In this document: in pieces, positions 16,469 to 26,628 of the stretch | How the letters are laid out: each line of letters starts with the position of its first letter | How positions within the stretch are numbered: the stretch's first letter is position 1 | Source: a virus | Lineage: Duplodnaviria > Caudoviricetes | Length of the DNA stretch: 36,847 nucleotides | IMG/VR virus record: IMGVR_UViG_3300044297_000174 | Location: 1-36,847 of that record | Reading direction: 5' to 3' (one strand) | Translations under genes and position numbers: made by a program | The notes under the pieces: model-generated | Databases searched by the model: none | The model's input: only the letters and a program-made list of their open reading frames with translations | Told to the model about the DNA's origin: nothing

Positions 16469-19125
16469 TGGGCGAACTCGACGAGCTTCCCGACGCAGTT
16501 GAACTACTCAGGGTGCAACAGCGCCAGCCAGGGCCGATCAATCAAGACCCGCTGCGCTACGGCACGCCAGCGCCTCGCCCACGGCCACGCCCCGCCGAAG
16601 CTACGTCACCCCAGCCGCAGCCGCAAATGCCAGCGGCAGCCCCCTCCCAGCCCGTTGGCGACCCAACGGAAGAATGGGCCGGGATGATGCGGAAGCACAA
16701 CGTCGAGCGTGGCAAGTGGGGCGAACTGGTCGATCAGGTCTATGGAGCAGATCGACAAGGTGTTACGCCGCGGACAGGAAATCCAGCGCTCGACGCTGAT
16801 CTGCAGGGCTTTGCGCAGCGGTTCCCCGGCATTGGCCGCGTGCCGGAACAACCCGCCGCGCCACAGATGCCACAGGCGCAGGCGGGACCAGCGCCCCGCC
16901 AAGCGCCGCAAGTGCAGGACGAACTACCAGACGCCGTGGACATCATGCGAGGCGGTGGGCAGCCCGCTGTGAACCCGAACTCAGAACCCGACGCGCCCAC
17001 CTGGCTTGGCCGGCGCATCCAGGACGTGCGCGGCAAGCAAGACCCACGGTATCAGAACCTCCCTAACATCTCGGCCGTGCTGCAGAAGGAAGGCGGCCAC
17101 AGCATGGGCGGCGAGATCGCCTCATGGATGCTCGGTGCTGGCGATCAGGACATGAGCAAGAGCTATCAAGCCATGCTCGGCCGCCGCTACATCGGCACGG
17201 AAACCGACGCCAACGGCTATCCGATTATCGTCTATCGCGGCCAGGACGGCAAAGAAGCTCGAGCCTACGTCAACAACCCCGGTCTTGACGCACAGGACGT
17301 TGGCCGTGGGCTTTATGGAGCGCTGCCGTTCGCCAAGGCTGGGCAGGTCGTGGCTGGCATGGTGAAAGGCGCTCCGCTGCTTGGGCGCATGTTTGCTCAG
17401 GCTGGCGGCCAGGCGGCAACGTCGGTAGCCCAGGATGCGGCGGCGGTGGCAACCGGCGTATCCGACTTTGACCCGGAACAGAGCGCTGTCAAGGCAGGTG
17501 TAACCGCTGCCGGCGGCGCAGGTGGAGAACTGCTTGGCGCTGCCCTGTCCCCGATTGCACAGCGCATTGCGCAACGCCGTTACTACGATGCCAACACGGG
17601 ACAGTTGACCGAGGAAGGCATGCGGATGGCTCGCGCTGCCGGTGCCGACCCACAGACGGTCTCACAGGAGTTTGCTACGGCGTTCTCAAAGGCGCTTGCT
17701 GGAAAGGCAGATCCAGAGGCGGCATTCCGTGAGGCCACGGGCAAGGAATTTGGCATCCGCCGCAGCATCGGGGAAATTACCGGAAACCGAGAGCGGTTGT
17801 TGCACGAGCAGCAGATGCGCGGTGGTACGCTGGGACAGACCGCGCGAGAAGCTGCAGAGAAGTTTGACAAGCTGCAACAGGCTGACATTGAGCAGGCCGT
17901 GCGCGGCGTGTCGCCTCCGGGAGCGCCGAATAAATCGATTGCCGAGACGATTGCGCCGACCCGCAAGGCTGAACTCGCTCGCACGATGGGCATTGACGAC
18001 ACGGGCAGCAACATCGGCGGCAACACCAACGACGCTTTCAGCATCGCCCGCGAAGGCGAGCGCAAGGCGTGGGAAGCGGTGCCGAAGGTCAAAGCGACCT
18101 CTGATGCGCTGAACGAGCTAGACAGTGTGATCGCCAAGAACTTCGAGTCGCGCGGCGGCGTCATGGTGGACGATGCGGTCACGCCGATGGCCGCCAAGAT
18201 GGCCAAGGAACTCGATAGCTTCAAAGCGGGTGAGACGCCATCCAAGGCGGCAGGTGTGCTGCCATCGTCACCCGCTGGCGATGTCGGCACCATGCGCAAG
18301 CGCCTGCTCGCAATTCGCAACTCCGCAGCGACGTCGGAAGACCAGCGCGCGGCAAAGGCGATCTATGACTCGTTCATTGATTGGGAAGTCGTTGCGGCTG
18401 AGAAGGCGGGGAACATCGAAGCGGCAGCACTGGCGAGAACGGCACGTGACGCAACGAAGCAATTGCATCAGATATTCGACGGGCCAAAGGGATCGGCAGG
18501 CGCACAGATCCTCGCCAAAGTGTTGGAAAAGACAGACACCCCAGAGGGCATTGTCAATGCGCTATTCACCGGACCAAATTCCAACACGAAGAACGGCACG
18601 TTGACTGCGCTCAACCATCTCAAGGCAGCTTACGACACGTATCTCGAACCGGCCGCGGCCAAGCAGGCATGGGACGACATCCGCCTCGCTTACTGGCTCA
18701 AGTTCGTAGGCGACAAGGGGAACGACGTGAAGACGCCCGGCAACCTCGCCAATGCGATCAAAAGCATGATGGGATCGCAACCAACCATCGTGAAAACGCT
18801 CTACAGCCGCGAGGAAATAGACCTGTTCCGCCGTGTCGCTGCGGCCATGGAAGACATTCGAAAGAAGAACCCGAACACGTCATGGTCTGCGATTGGCGTG
18901 GGCCAGTTGATGAAGGACATAGGCGGGGTACTCTTGCAGGCCATCGGCTGGAATAGCCCGATTGCAAGGACTGTAGCGGCTCCCGTGACCAAGATGTTCT
19001 CTGGTCAGTACGGCGCGACCTCGGCAAAGAACGCATTCGGCAACCTGCAAGGCGCAAACCTCCCAGCGATCTCGCCATCCTTCGGCGGATACGGCGGCGC
19101 TATCGGGTCGCAGTCACAGCAGTAG
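16468..19125 (+). CDS. Large DNA ejection protein (gp16 position)
   Basis: 885 aa, Ala/Gly-rich, with NNPGLD and C-terminal PNTSWSA, plus position. Confidence 0.65.
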   Translation: MGELDELPDAVELLRVQQRQPGPINQDPLRYGTPAPRPRPRPAEATSPQPQPQMPAAAPSQPVGDPTEEWAGMMRKHNVERGKWGELVDQVYGADRQGVTPRTGNPALDADLQGFAQRFPGIGRVPEQPAAPQMPQAQAGPAPRQAPQVQDELPDAVDIMRGGGQPAVNPNSEPDAPTWLGRRIQDVRGKQDPRYQNLPNISAVLQKEGGHSMGGEIASWMLGAGDQDMSKSYQAMLGRRYIGTETDANGYPIIVYRGQDGKEARAYVNNPGLDAQDVGRGLYGALPFAKAGQVVAGMVKGAPLLGRMFAQAGGQAATSVAQDAAAVATGVSDFDPEQSAVKAGVTAAGGAGGELLGAALSPIAQRIAQRRYYDANTGQLTEEGMRMARAAGADPQTVSQEFATAFSKALAGKADPEAAFREATGKEFGIRRSIGEITGNRERLLHEQQMRGGTLGQTAREAAEKFDKLQQADIEQAVRGVSPPGAPNKSIAETIAPTRKAELARTMGIDDTGSNIGGNTNDAFSIAREGERKAWEAVPKVKATSDALNELDSVIAKNFESRGGVMVDDAVTPMAAKMAKELDSFKAGETPSKAAGVLPSSPAGDVGTMRKRLLAIRNSAATSEDQRAAKAIYDSFIDWEVVAAEKAGNIEAAALARTARDATKQLHQIFDGPKGSAGAQILAKVLEKTDTPEGIVNALFTGPNSNTKNGTLTALNHLKAAYDTYLEPAAAKQAWDDIRLAYWLKFVGDKGNDVKTPGNLANAIKSMMGSQPTIVKTLYSREEIDLFRRVAAAMEDIRKKNPNTSWSAIGVGQLMKDIGGVLLQAIGWNSPIARTVAAPVTKMFSGQYGATSAKNAFGNLQGANLPAISPSFGGYGGAIGSQSQQ

Positions 19126-19218
19126 CTTGAACGCTTCGAGCTTCATCCAGACGAATATGACCTTCGCCACGATCAGAATGATGACGAACAGCAAGGCCCA
19201 GAGTGCGCGTTCCAGCAT
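19114..19218 (-). CDS. Antisense 34-aa single-TM peptide
   Basis: MLERALWALLFVIILIVAKVIFVWMKLEAFKLLL fills the only gap in the operon. The RBS is weak. Confidence 0.5.
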   Translation of the reverse strand: MLERALWALLFVIILIVAKVIFVWMKLEAFKLLL

Positions 19219-19227
19219 GGAAGCACC

Positions 19228-19839
19228 ATGGCAGACCGCATGACCCCGCATCAACGGGCAGCGTATGACCGGGCTCGAGTTGTCCCCGACGACACGTTCC
19301 TACAGCCGGCAGACCTGCAAAGCCCGCAGCCGATGCCGCGGAACTACCTGGCAGACTTGGCCCGCGAGTACGGGATGCCCAGCATCTCGGACCGGCTGAA
19401 CTCGCCTACGTCTGGAATAGGAATGCTGGTCGATGCCGTTGGAGGTCTCGGCAACGCCCTCGTGGTGCAACCTGCTCAATCCTTCAACCGCCTCCTTCAG
19501 CAGGGCTACGAGCCCGGCAACCCTCAATCAGCAGAGGATGCATTCAACGTGGCGGGTGCCGCCATGGCGAGCGGCGGTGCTGGCCTCCGAGGGGCAAAGG
19601 AACTTGGATTTGACGTAGTTCGCGCCGGCGACGAATTGGCCGTCTACAACAACGACGCAATCAGCAACGTAAACATGCTATTCGCCAACGGCGGCAAACA
19701 AGGCGCTGCCGTGGGGGCGGCTGCAAATGCCGAACAGCAAGACAAGCGCGAACTGAAAACGATCCTCGACAAGTACGGCTTGGGCCAACTGCTCCAGCCA
19801 ACCGACTGGGCTCGCAAGATGCAGCCCGGCGACGCCTGA
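19228..19839 (+). CDS. Hypothetical protein with ejection-protein-like composition
   Basis: 203-aa ORF with a GGAAG RBS, Ala/Gly-rich. Confidence 0.65.
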   Translation: MADRMTPHQRAAYDRARVVPDDTFLQPADLQSPQPMPRNYLADLAREYGMPSISDRLNSPTSGIGMLVDAVGGLGNALVVQPAQSFNRLLQQGYEPGNPQSAEDAFNVAGAAMASGGAGLRGAKELGFDVVRAGDELAVYNNDAISNVNMLFANGGKQGAAVGAAANAEQQDKRELKTILDKYGLGQLLQPTDWARKMQPGDA

Positions 19840-19890
19840 CACCTTCCATCCTTGTTCCGCGTACCTCACAACTGAGGGACACGCTACCCC

Positions 19891-22800
19891 ATGCCTGATT
19901 CCGGGTTTATCTTCTCGCCAGCGCAACGGCTGACGAGCGACGACCTTGCCGCGCTCAACGGCGGCTATATCGAGGTCTATGCTGCTGGTACGTCCACGCC
20001 GCAGGCGGTCTATTCCGACGCAGCGCTGACAAGCTCGCTCGGCAGCACAGTCTACCTCGATTCGTCGGGCAATCCTGTGGCGAGCCAGGGATCGTCCACC
20101 AAGGTCACTGTCTACACCGGCGCGGCCAAGGTCAAACTGATTATCAAGACCAGCGCGGGCGTCACGGTCCAGACGATCGACAACCTGCAGTGCGCGCAGG
20201 ATACCTCCCTGCTCAGCAGCGGCGGTTCTGGCTCCGGCATTACTGGCGTCACGTCGAAAAGCGCAAATTTCTCTATTGCCACGTCTGACAACGGCCAATG
20301 GTTCTCAGTCGATCCAACTTCGGGCGCTGTGGTGGCAACGCTGCCAAGTGCTGTCACTGCTGGTAACGGTTTCGCGATCGGGATCATCCATGCCGGAGCC
20401 AGCACCACCAATCGAGTGCGCTACCAGACCGTCTCATCACAGACGATCGCCATCAACAACGCATCCATCACCAGCGGTACGCTGACGGCCTACATGCACA
20501 GCGTGTGGCTTGTTTCAGATGGGGCCAATTGGCGCGCAATCGGCCAGCTTCCCCCTGGCATTTATGGCGACGTTCCCAAATTTCGTGTCGCATCGCGACT
20601 GACTGCGCCGCCAACTTCCCCTACGTCTGGCGCTCGCTACATCATCAACGGGTCCCCGACAGGTGCTTGGGCCTCATATGCCCAGCACGATGTCGTTGAG
20701 GCAGATGGTCTTGGCGGATGGACCAGGATTACGCCTCCGATTAACTGCGGATGGCTAGCGTACATTGAAGCCGAACAAACCTACACAGCATTCAAAGCGT
20801 CTGCGTGGGTCGATCAAAGCGGCATGTCTGCGCCGCAGTCGTCGAACCTCAAGACGATGGTGCTGACGCACACAGCAGCATCGGGAACAGCGGCGCCAGC
20901 CTCGACCGCTACGGCATGGACGAAACGCACGCTTAACACGACCAACGAAAACTCCATCACCGGAGCGTCGGTCGCTTCAAGCGTGGTTACGCTGCCGACG
21001 GGAGAATACCTGATCCGTGGCTGGCAACAGTTCGACAACTCGGCTTCGGCCAGCGCTGGCGCGGCCAAGGTCCGGCTGCGCAATACTACGACCAGCACCA
21101 GCTATGACGGATTTGGGTCGGACGTCCATTCGGACGGTTCCAACTACTCCAATTCGCCGTCGATCCCTGTGTTCGCTCGGGTCACTGTGGCGGCGGCTAC
21201 CGAGAACTTCGAATTGCAATACTACACCAACAGCTCGTCGGTTGCGCTCGGCAACGTCCAGTCGATTGCGGGCGTGAGCGAAGTATGGGCAGGGCTGGAG
21301 ATCATCAGCCTATCATCCCTGCAAGGTCCGCAGGGCATTCAAGGTATCCAAGGAAACCCTGGCGCAGACGGCGCAGATGCCGGATGGAAGTACACATGGT
21401 CGTCGAACACCAGTGCAACCGATCCAACATCAGGCGGCGTCAAGGCGAATAATGCCACGTTGGGATCGATTACCGCAATCTACATCAGCGAGACAGACGC
21501 GGATGCCAACGGCCTAGCCAGCGAGATTGCTACGTGGGGCTCAAGCTCGAGCGCGACGAAGAGCACCATCAAGATCGGGAATGCCTCTGGCATGGTGCTG
21601 TTTAAGGTCACCAGCCTGACCGACAACGGCACGTGGGTGACGCTGACAGGAACGGTGACGGGCTCGCGCGGGTCGTTGTCCGGGACCGTTCGCGTGGCCC
21701 CGGCGCAAACCGGCGATAAAGGCGATACGGGCGCGACTGGCGCCACAGGCTCGGCTGGCCCAACTGGCGCAACCGGCGCAACGGGTCCGAACACCGGCCT
21801 TGATTACGCATGGGATACCGGCACGACCGACGCCAACCCCGGCAGCGGAAACCTGCGCGTCAACAACGCGACGCTTGGATCAGCGTCGTTCGCGTACATC
21901 TCCAAGACCGATCGACCTGGCAACTCTCAAGGCACGAACATCGACCAGTGGGACGCCAGCAATAACACGGCGCACCTTGGCACGTTGCGCGTGTTCGACG
22001 TGGCGACGCGGACCAAGGGCTTTACGGCCGAGGTGACGACCGCGTTCACGGATGGAACCACCTACTGGAAAATCCCGCTCAACTCGATTTCGGTGCTGTC
22101 CGGTGGCGCACCAGCGGCAAGCGACGTACTGGCCGTCATGTGGAGCCGAACGGGTAACAAGGGTTCTGACGGTGCAGGATCGTTCACAAGCCTTTCGCCC
22201 GGTGCTGGTCTAACCAGCAACGTAGGTGCAGCTGCCCCAGGCAGCGCAATTACAACAAGCGGAACGCTATCTGCCGCAGCGCTGGTCAACGCCCAGACCG
22301 GCACAACCTACACAATGGTTGATGGTGATCGCGCCAAACTGGTGACGTTTGCAAACGCCGCTGCTGTGGCCGTCACGTTGCCGCAAGCTGGAGCGTCAAC
22401 GGCGTTTCAATCCGGTTGGTTCTGCGATGTGCTGAATGCAGGATCGACAACCGTCACGATCACGCCGACGACGAGCACGATCAACGGCGCAGCGACGTTC
22501 ATCCTCAACCGCAATCAGTCGGCACGCATTTACTCGGACGGCACAAATTATCAAGTCTTCCAAGGCATGAGCATTCGTGCTTCTGTCTCGACCGTATCAA
22601 GTGCGAGTACCTGCGATATTGGCGCGGTGGCATCGCATCGCGTCAGCGTGACCGGAACAACCACGATCACCAGCTTTGGCACCGTACCGCATGTGCTGCG
22701 GTTTGTGACGTTCGCTGGTGCCTTGACGCTGACGCACAACGCAACCACACTGATCCTGCCAGGCGGCGCGAACATCACAACGGCGGCCGGTGACGCCGCA

Positions 22801-23613
22801 GTGTTCATGTCGGATGCCTCTGGAAACTGGACCTGCATCAGCTACTCGCGCGCAAGCGGTAAGCCTATTATCCCGTCAGCGTTCAGTGAACTTACCGCGC
22901 AAGCGGCCGGGCTGGCGGCGGCACCATTTGGCCCGTTCACGAGCCTGGCCAGTGCTAGCACGGCGGACCTGTCGAGTGTTGCCACAGTCGGCGTCAACAT
23001 CACCGGGACGACAACCATCACGTCCTTTGGCACGGGTGAGAACCTGCTGCGGATCTTGCGCTTTGCTGGCGCGCTTACGCTGACGCACAACGCCACGTCG
23101 CTGATCCTGCCGAACAACGGCAGCAACATCACGACGGCGGCGAATGATCGGCTGATCGCATTGTCGGATGGGTCTGGAAACTGGACAGTTGTAGTCTACG
23201 AACGAGCAAGCGGTGCACCGCTAAGCAGCAACGTCGCGCTGCTGAATGCGTCGCAATCTTGGACTGCGCAGCAGACATCGACGATTGCGACACTCACGGA
23301 TGCTGCCAATATTTCATGGGACGTGAGCGCGGCGCAGAAAGCGCAAGTCACGCTGGCGGGTAACCGCACCGTCAACGCCGTGAGCAATGCCGTCGCGGGC
23401 ACGACCTATCTGCTGTGGGTGATCCAGGACGCCACGGGCAGCCGCACGCTGACGTGGACCACATCGGGTGCGGGTTCATTCGACTTCGGCACGGACGGCG
23501 CACCGACGCTCACCACGACCGCAAGCCGGGCTGACCTTTTGGCTTTCGAGGCAATCAGCATCGGCGGCACGCTGAAATTGCGCTTTGCCGGCATCAAGAA
23601 AGGGTTCTCGTGA
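19891..23613 (+). CDS. Modular tail fibre / receptor-binding protein
   Basis: N-terminal virion anchor (YAAGTSTP...LDSSG), a DUF2793-like block (TAPPTSPTSGARYII...GWLAYI), two collagen-like Gly-X-Y runs and duplicated domains. Confidence 0.88.
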   Translation: MPDSGFIFSPAQRLTSDDLAALNGGYIEVYAAGTSTPQAVYSDAALTSSLGSTVYLDSSGNPVASQGSSTKVTVYTGAAKVKLIIKTSAGVTVQTIDNLQCAQDTSLLSSGGSGSGITGVTSKSANFSIATSDNGQWFSVDPTSGAVVATLPSAVTAGNGFAIGIIHAGASTTNRVRYQTVSSQTIAINNASITSGTLTAYMHSVWLVSDGANWRAIGQLPPGIYGDVPKFRVASRLTAPPTSPTSGARYIINGSPTGAWASYAQHDVVEADGLGGWTRITPPINCGWLAYIEAEQTYTAFKASAWVDQSGMSAPQSSNLKTMVLTHTAASGTAAPASTATAWTKRTLNTTNENSITGASVASSVVTLPTGEYLIRGWQQFDNSASASAGAAKVRLRNTTTSTSYDGFGSDVHSDGSNYSNSPSIPVFARVTVAAATENFELQYYTNSSSVALGNVQSIAGVSEVWAGLEIISLSSLQGPQGIQGIQGNPGADGADAGWKYTWSSNTSATDPTSGGVKANNATLGSITAIYISETDADANGLASEIATWGSSSSATKSTIKIGNASGMVLFKVTSLTDNGTWVTLTGTVTGSRGSLSGTVRVAPAQTGDKGDTGATGATGSAGPTGATGATGPNTGLDYAWDTGTTDANPGSGNLRVNNATLGSASFAYISKTDRPGNSQGTNIDQWDASNNTAHLGTLRVFDVATRTKGFTAEVTTAFTDGTTYWKIPLNSISVLSGGAPAASDVLAVMWSRTGNKGSDGAGSFTSLSPGAGLTSNVGAAAPGSAITTSGTLSAAALVNAQTGTTYTMVDGDRAKLVTFANAAAVAVTLPQAGASTAFQSGWFCDVLNAGSTTVTITPTTSTINGAATFILNRNQSARIYSDGTNYQVFQGMSIRASVSTVSSASTCDIGAVASHRVSVTGTTTITSFGTVPHVLRFVTFAGALTLTHNATTLILPGGANITTAAGDAAVFMSDASGNWTCISYSRASGKPIIPSAFSELTAQAAGLAAAPFGPFTSLASASTADLSSVATVGVNITGTTTITSFGTGENLLRILRFAGALTLTHNATSLILPNNGSNITTAANDRLIALSDGSGNWTVVVYERASGAPLSSNVALLNASQSWTAQQTSTIATLTDAANISWDVSAAQKAQVTLAGNRTVNAVSNAVAGTTYLLWVIQDATGSRTLTWTTSGAGSFDFGTDGAPTLTTTASRADLLAFEAISIGGTLKLRFAGIKKGFS

Positions 23614-24098
23614 TGCCGATCTGGTTTCCTTCTACGATCATGGCGAGTAGCGGTGCCGCGGGATATCGATATCACCGTCTGTATGTGTCTCTGCTTCAGA
23701 CCGGAACCGAGTTGATCATTCAAGAGGCAGAGTTTCTGATTGGCGGGACGGATGGCGTGCCGTTGCTCACGTCCAACACCAGCGCGTCTCCTATTGTTGT
23801 CAGCGCTAGTGCGATTTTTTCCGGCACGTACGACGCGTGGAAGGCGTTCGACAACACGACGAGCGGGACTGGATGGGACACGAACTCTGGAGCGATCCCT
23901 GCGTGGCTCAAGGTCGATTGGGGCTCTGGTGTAATCAATGCACTGAGCGGGTTCAGCATGACGCCGCTTGGCAATTCGTATGCCCCGAAAGACTTCAAAA
24001 TTCAGGGCTCGAACGACGATAGCGCGTGGACTGATCTTTACACGAAGACCGGCGAAGCCTCGTGGGGCTCAACGGAAAAGCGAACTTACTCATTCTGA
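23610..24098 (+). CDS. Discoidin / F5-8 type C-like domain protein
   Basis: AWKAFD, PAWLKVD and PKDFKIQGSNDDSAWTDL motifs. Confidence 0.8.
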   Translation: MMPIWFPSTIMASSGAAGYRYHRLYVSLLQTGTELIIQEAEFLIGGTDGVPLLTSNTSASPIVVSASAIFSGTYDAWKAFDNTTSGTGWDTNSGAIPAWLKVDWGSGVINALSGFSMTPLGNSYAPKDFKIQGSNDDSAWTDLYTKTGEASWGSTEKRTYSF

Positions 24099-24107
24099 GG
24101 CTGGCGC

Positions 24108-24659
24108 ATGTCCTACAGCTATACCCTTCCCGACAATCGCTTGCTTTATGACGGCCTGCCGTTCGAGTGCGACGGCGTTGCCTATCCGCCGAACTGGCTG
24201 TCACTGGCCAGTGCCGAAGATTTGACAGCGCGCGGCATTACCAAAGAGCCGATTCCGCCCCCTTCCGTCACAGACATGAAAGACGAGCTCAAGCGGCGGG
24301 TCGATGATGATGCGGAGCGCGTTCGCCTGCGATACATCACACCCGGCGTCGGCATGGCCATGACCTATCAGGAAAAGAAAGACCAGGCCGTAGCTGTGAT
24401 CGCCATGGGGCAGGCGTCTGCAAACGCGCTGGCGAACAACGGCGCGGCAGAGTTTCCAACGCTCTCGGCATCGGTGCCGATCGAAGCCGCCAACCTCTAC
24501 GCCGCGGCACAGCTCGTCATCGCTCGATATGAAGCCTGGGCCGCACTGTCACGTCTGATCGAAAGCGCCCGACTGTCGGGAAAAAAAGCAATCAGTGATG
24601 CGTCGGATGCGGCTGCCGCGCGGGCCGCTTACGAGGCGATCACATGGCCGACGAACTAA
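24108..24659 (+). CDS. Tail fibre-associated / assembly protein
   Basis: YPPNWL...LTARGI N-terminus, ERVRLRYIT...TYQEK and C-terminal ITWP. Confidence 0.65.
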   Translation: MSYSYTLPDNRLLYDGLPFECDGVAYPPNWLSLASAEDLTARGITKEPIPPPSVTDMKDELKRRVDDDAERVRLRYITPGVGMAMTYQEKKDQAVAVIAMGQASANALANNGAAEFPTLSASVPIEAANLYAAAQLVIARYEAWAALSRLIESARLSGKKAISDASDAAAARAAYEAITWPTN

Positions 24660-24919
24660 GAGACTGGCGGCTTAAGAAGCCCGGCGTACACACGCGCGAG
24701 GTCCACAAGGAAGCACTGCCCGCGGAGGTCGTTGCCCGCATCGAAGCGCTGGAGCAGGGCATTGCAGACCTCGTCGCGGAGAACTCAAAGCAAGCCGCAA
24801 TCCTTGCAGACCTGATGGATACGTTTTCCAAGCACGTCCACGCTCCCCCGGCTGAAATGGCCGAACTCGCACAGCGCGTGCAGGCTCTTGAAGCCCTTGC
24901 GAACAAGAGGGCAGCATGA
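24644..24919 (+). CDS. Coiled-coil hypothetical protein
   Basis: GAGG RBS and RIEALE / RVQALE heptads. Confidence 0.65.
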   Translation: MADELRDWRLKKPGVHTREVHKEALPAEVVARIEALEQGIADLVAENSKQAAILADLMDTFSKHVHAPPAEMAELAQRVQALEALANKRAA

Positions 24920-25617
24920 GCCAGCCATGGATGGACACGGCCTGGTCTCACATCGGGCTACACGAGACCGCCGGGAAGGGCGCGACCGCTGAAATCGTCG
25001 GCATGTACGCCAAGGCGGGGCACCCCGAGGTCACGTCTGACGAGGTGCCATGGTGCGCGGCGTTCGTCGGCGCATGCCTCAAAGACGCTGGCCTGCCAAA
25101 CACGGGAAGCCTGCTCGCGCGGTCGTATCTTGAGTACGGCACCAAGCTCGATAGCCCCAAGGTCGGCTGCATCGCGATCTTCAAGCGCGGCGCTCCGCCG
25201 TCTGGTCACGTGGCATTCGTCACCGGCTGGGGGCAAGGGCATGTCCGTGTGATTGGCGGCAATCAGGGCGATGCGGTATCCGAGGCGCGGTTCAAAGAGG
25301 CCGACGTACTCGGCTATCGCTGGCCGCCGGAAAAGCAGCCGGCCGCGGTCGTCAACGCCACGAAGCCAATAGCCAAGTCCGGCACCGTGTGGGGATCAGC
25401 AGCCGGGGCTCTGGCCGCGGTCGGCGCGTTCTTTGAGCAATCCGCCGCCGCCGTCATCGAATGGGCGTCCAAGTTGGCCGAGTTCGGCCCAGCTCAGTCC
25501 GCCCTCGCGTCGATGGGCGGAAACGTAAAGTCGATCACGTTAGGGCTTGGGATTGGATCGGCCATCTACGTCATCAGCCGGCGGGTCAAAGCCAAGCAGG
25601 AGGGCAACGCCGGATGA
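24916..25617 (+). CDS. TIGR02594-family (NlpC/P60-CHAP-like) endolysin with hydrophobic C-terminus
   Basis: PWM...IGLHE, DEVPWCAAFV, GHVAFV, GGNQ and GYRWP motifs. Confidence 0.88.
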   Translation: MSQPWMDTAWSHIGLHETAGKGATAEIVGMYAKAGHPEVTSDEVPWCAAFVGACLKDAGLPNTGSLLARSYLEYGTKLDSPKVGCIAIFKRGAPPSGHVAFVTGWGQGHVRVIGGNQGDAVSEARFKEADVLGYRWPPEKQPAAVVNATKPIAKSGTVWGSAAGALAAVGAFFEQSAAAVIEWASKLAEFGPAQSALASMGGNVKSITLGLGIGSAIYVISRRVKAKQEGNAG

Positions 25618-25880
25618 TCCTGCTATCCACCATCCTTGCCCGCGCTACGGCTGCATTCGCCGGCCACGGGCTTGTCATCGGGCTTGTTGCAGCTCTCGGT
25701 ATCATGGTCCTGACCTGGGACCGCGGCAGGATCAATGCCGCTGTAAATCGTGGTGTAGCGTCGGAACGTGCGAGCGTAGAGAAGCGAGGGGAGATCAATG
25801 CTCGCAAAGCTGACGAAGCCCGCCGTTCTGTTGAGCGGCTTCCTGCTGACAGGTTAAGGGATCGGCACTTCAGAGATTGA
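25614..25880 (+). CDS. Putative i-spanin (Rz-like)
   Basis: N-terminal TM followed by a charged helix, with an ATGA overlap on the endolysin stop. Confidence 0.65.
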   Translation: MILLSTILARATAAFAGHGLVIGLVAALGIMVLTWDRGRINAAVNRGVASERASVEKRGEINARKADEARRSVERLPADRLRDRHFRD

Positions 25881-26381
25881 TCACTCAAGGCGGGCGAACT
25901 GGCCGTGAGTATTCAAAGCGGCCTTGCAATATGCTGCGTACGCATCTTGTTTATCGACAAAAACGCCAAGATGGACTGTCTTACCGCCGCGCACAATGCA
26001 TGCCCGCCATTTGCGGCATTCAGCGCTCCAGCTCACTCCCTTCAATCCAGACTTGTTTGTACTTTTACGCTTTGCGTTCCTCATGTTCTCGTGACGGGTT
26101 GCCAAACGCAAGTTATCTAATCGATTGTCAGAGCGAACCCCATTGATATGATCAATTTGAAGTTTAGGCCATTCTCCATATACGTACATCCACGCAAGTC
26201 TGTGTGCTGTCATAGGGCGTGAGTTAATGTTGATGTAAATGTACCCGCGGCGGTGCAGAGTTCCTGCGCGTTTTCCGGACACTTGACTGCGATATCCTGC
26301 CATTTGGCGCCAATGGAAATGGCCAGTGGCAGGATCGTAAGTCAGCAACGACTGGAGTTCGGATTGTGTGATGCGTTCCAT
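25881..26381 (-). mobile_element. Free-standing HNH homing endonuclease with AP2 domain
   Basis: YDPATG, AHRLAW, IDHINGVRSDNRLDNLR, SGLKGV...KWRA...HLG and HGQFA motifs. Visibly more AT-rich than its flanks. The start is uncertain. Confidence 0.9.
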
Positions 26382-26397
26382 AAGAGGACCATAGCAC

Positions 26398-26628
26398 ATG
26401 ACGAAAATACTAGCTGCCTGCGCCATGAGTTTGCTCACAGGATGCGCATCAGGAAGCATCGACTTCAACGGCCCGACAGATTCTGCTTGCAAGTCGTTTA
26501 AGCCGATCCGCGCGAGCAAGCAGGACACGGAAGACACTAAGCGCCAAGTCATCGGCCATAACCGTGCCTACGACGCCGTCTGCCCCGGCCAGGGAGCGCC
26601 TTCACAGAAGGTAGCTGCAAATGGATGA
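26398..26628 (+). CDS. Lipoprotein, putative o-spanin (Rz1-like)
   Basis: Signal peptide with lipobox LTGC, C...KPI...S..DT...HN...C pattern and an AGAGGA RBS. Confidence 0.78.
   Translation: MTKILAACAMSLLTGCASGSIDFNGPTDSACKSFKPIRASKQDTEDTKRQVIGHNRAYDAVCPGQGAPSQKVAANG

Noticed and set aside
21380-23220. DGR template/variable repeats or an invertible tail-fibre cassette
   Set aside because: There is no reverse transcriptase. The repeats are direct, in-frame and diverged at all bases. No inverted crossover sites were seen, and the resolvase-like protein lacks catalytic motifs.
25881-26400. Group I intron around the HNH gene
   Set aside because: The ORF is antisense, the flanking genes look complete, and there is no room for a ribozyme core.
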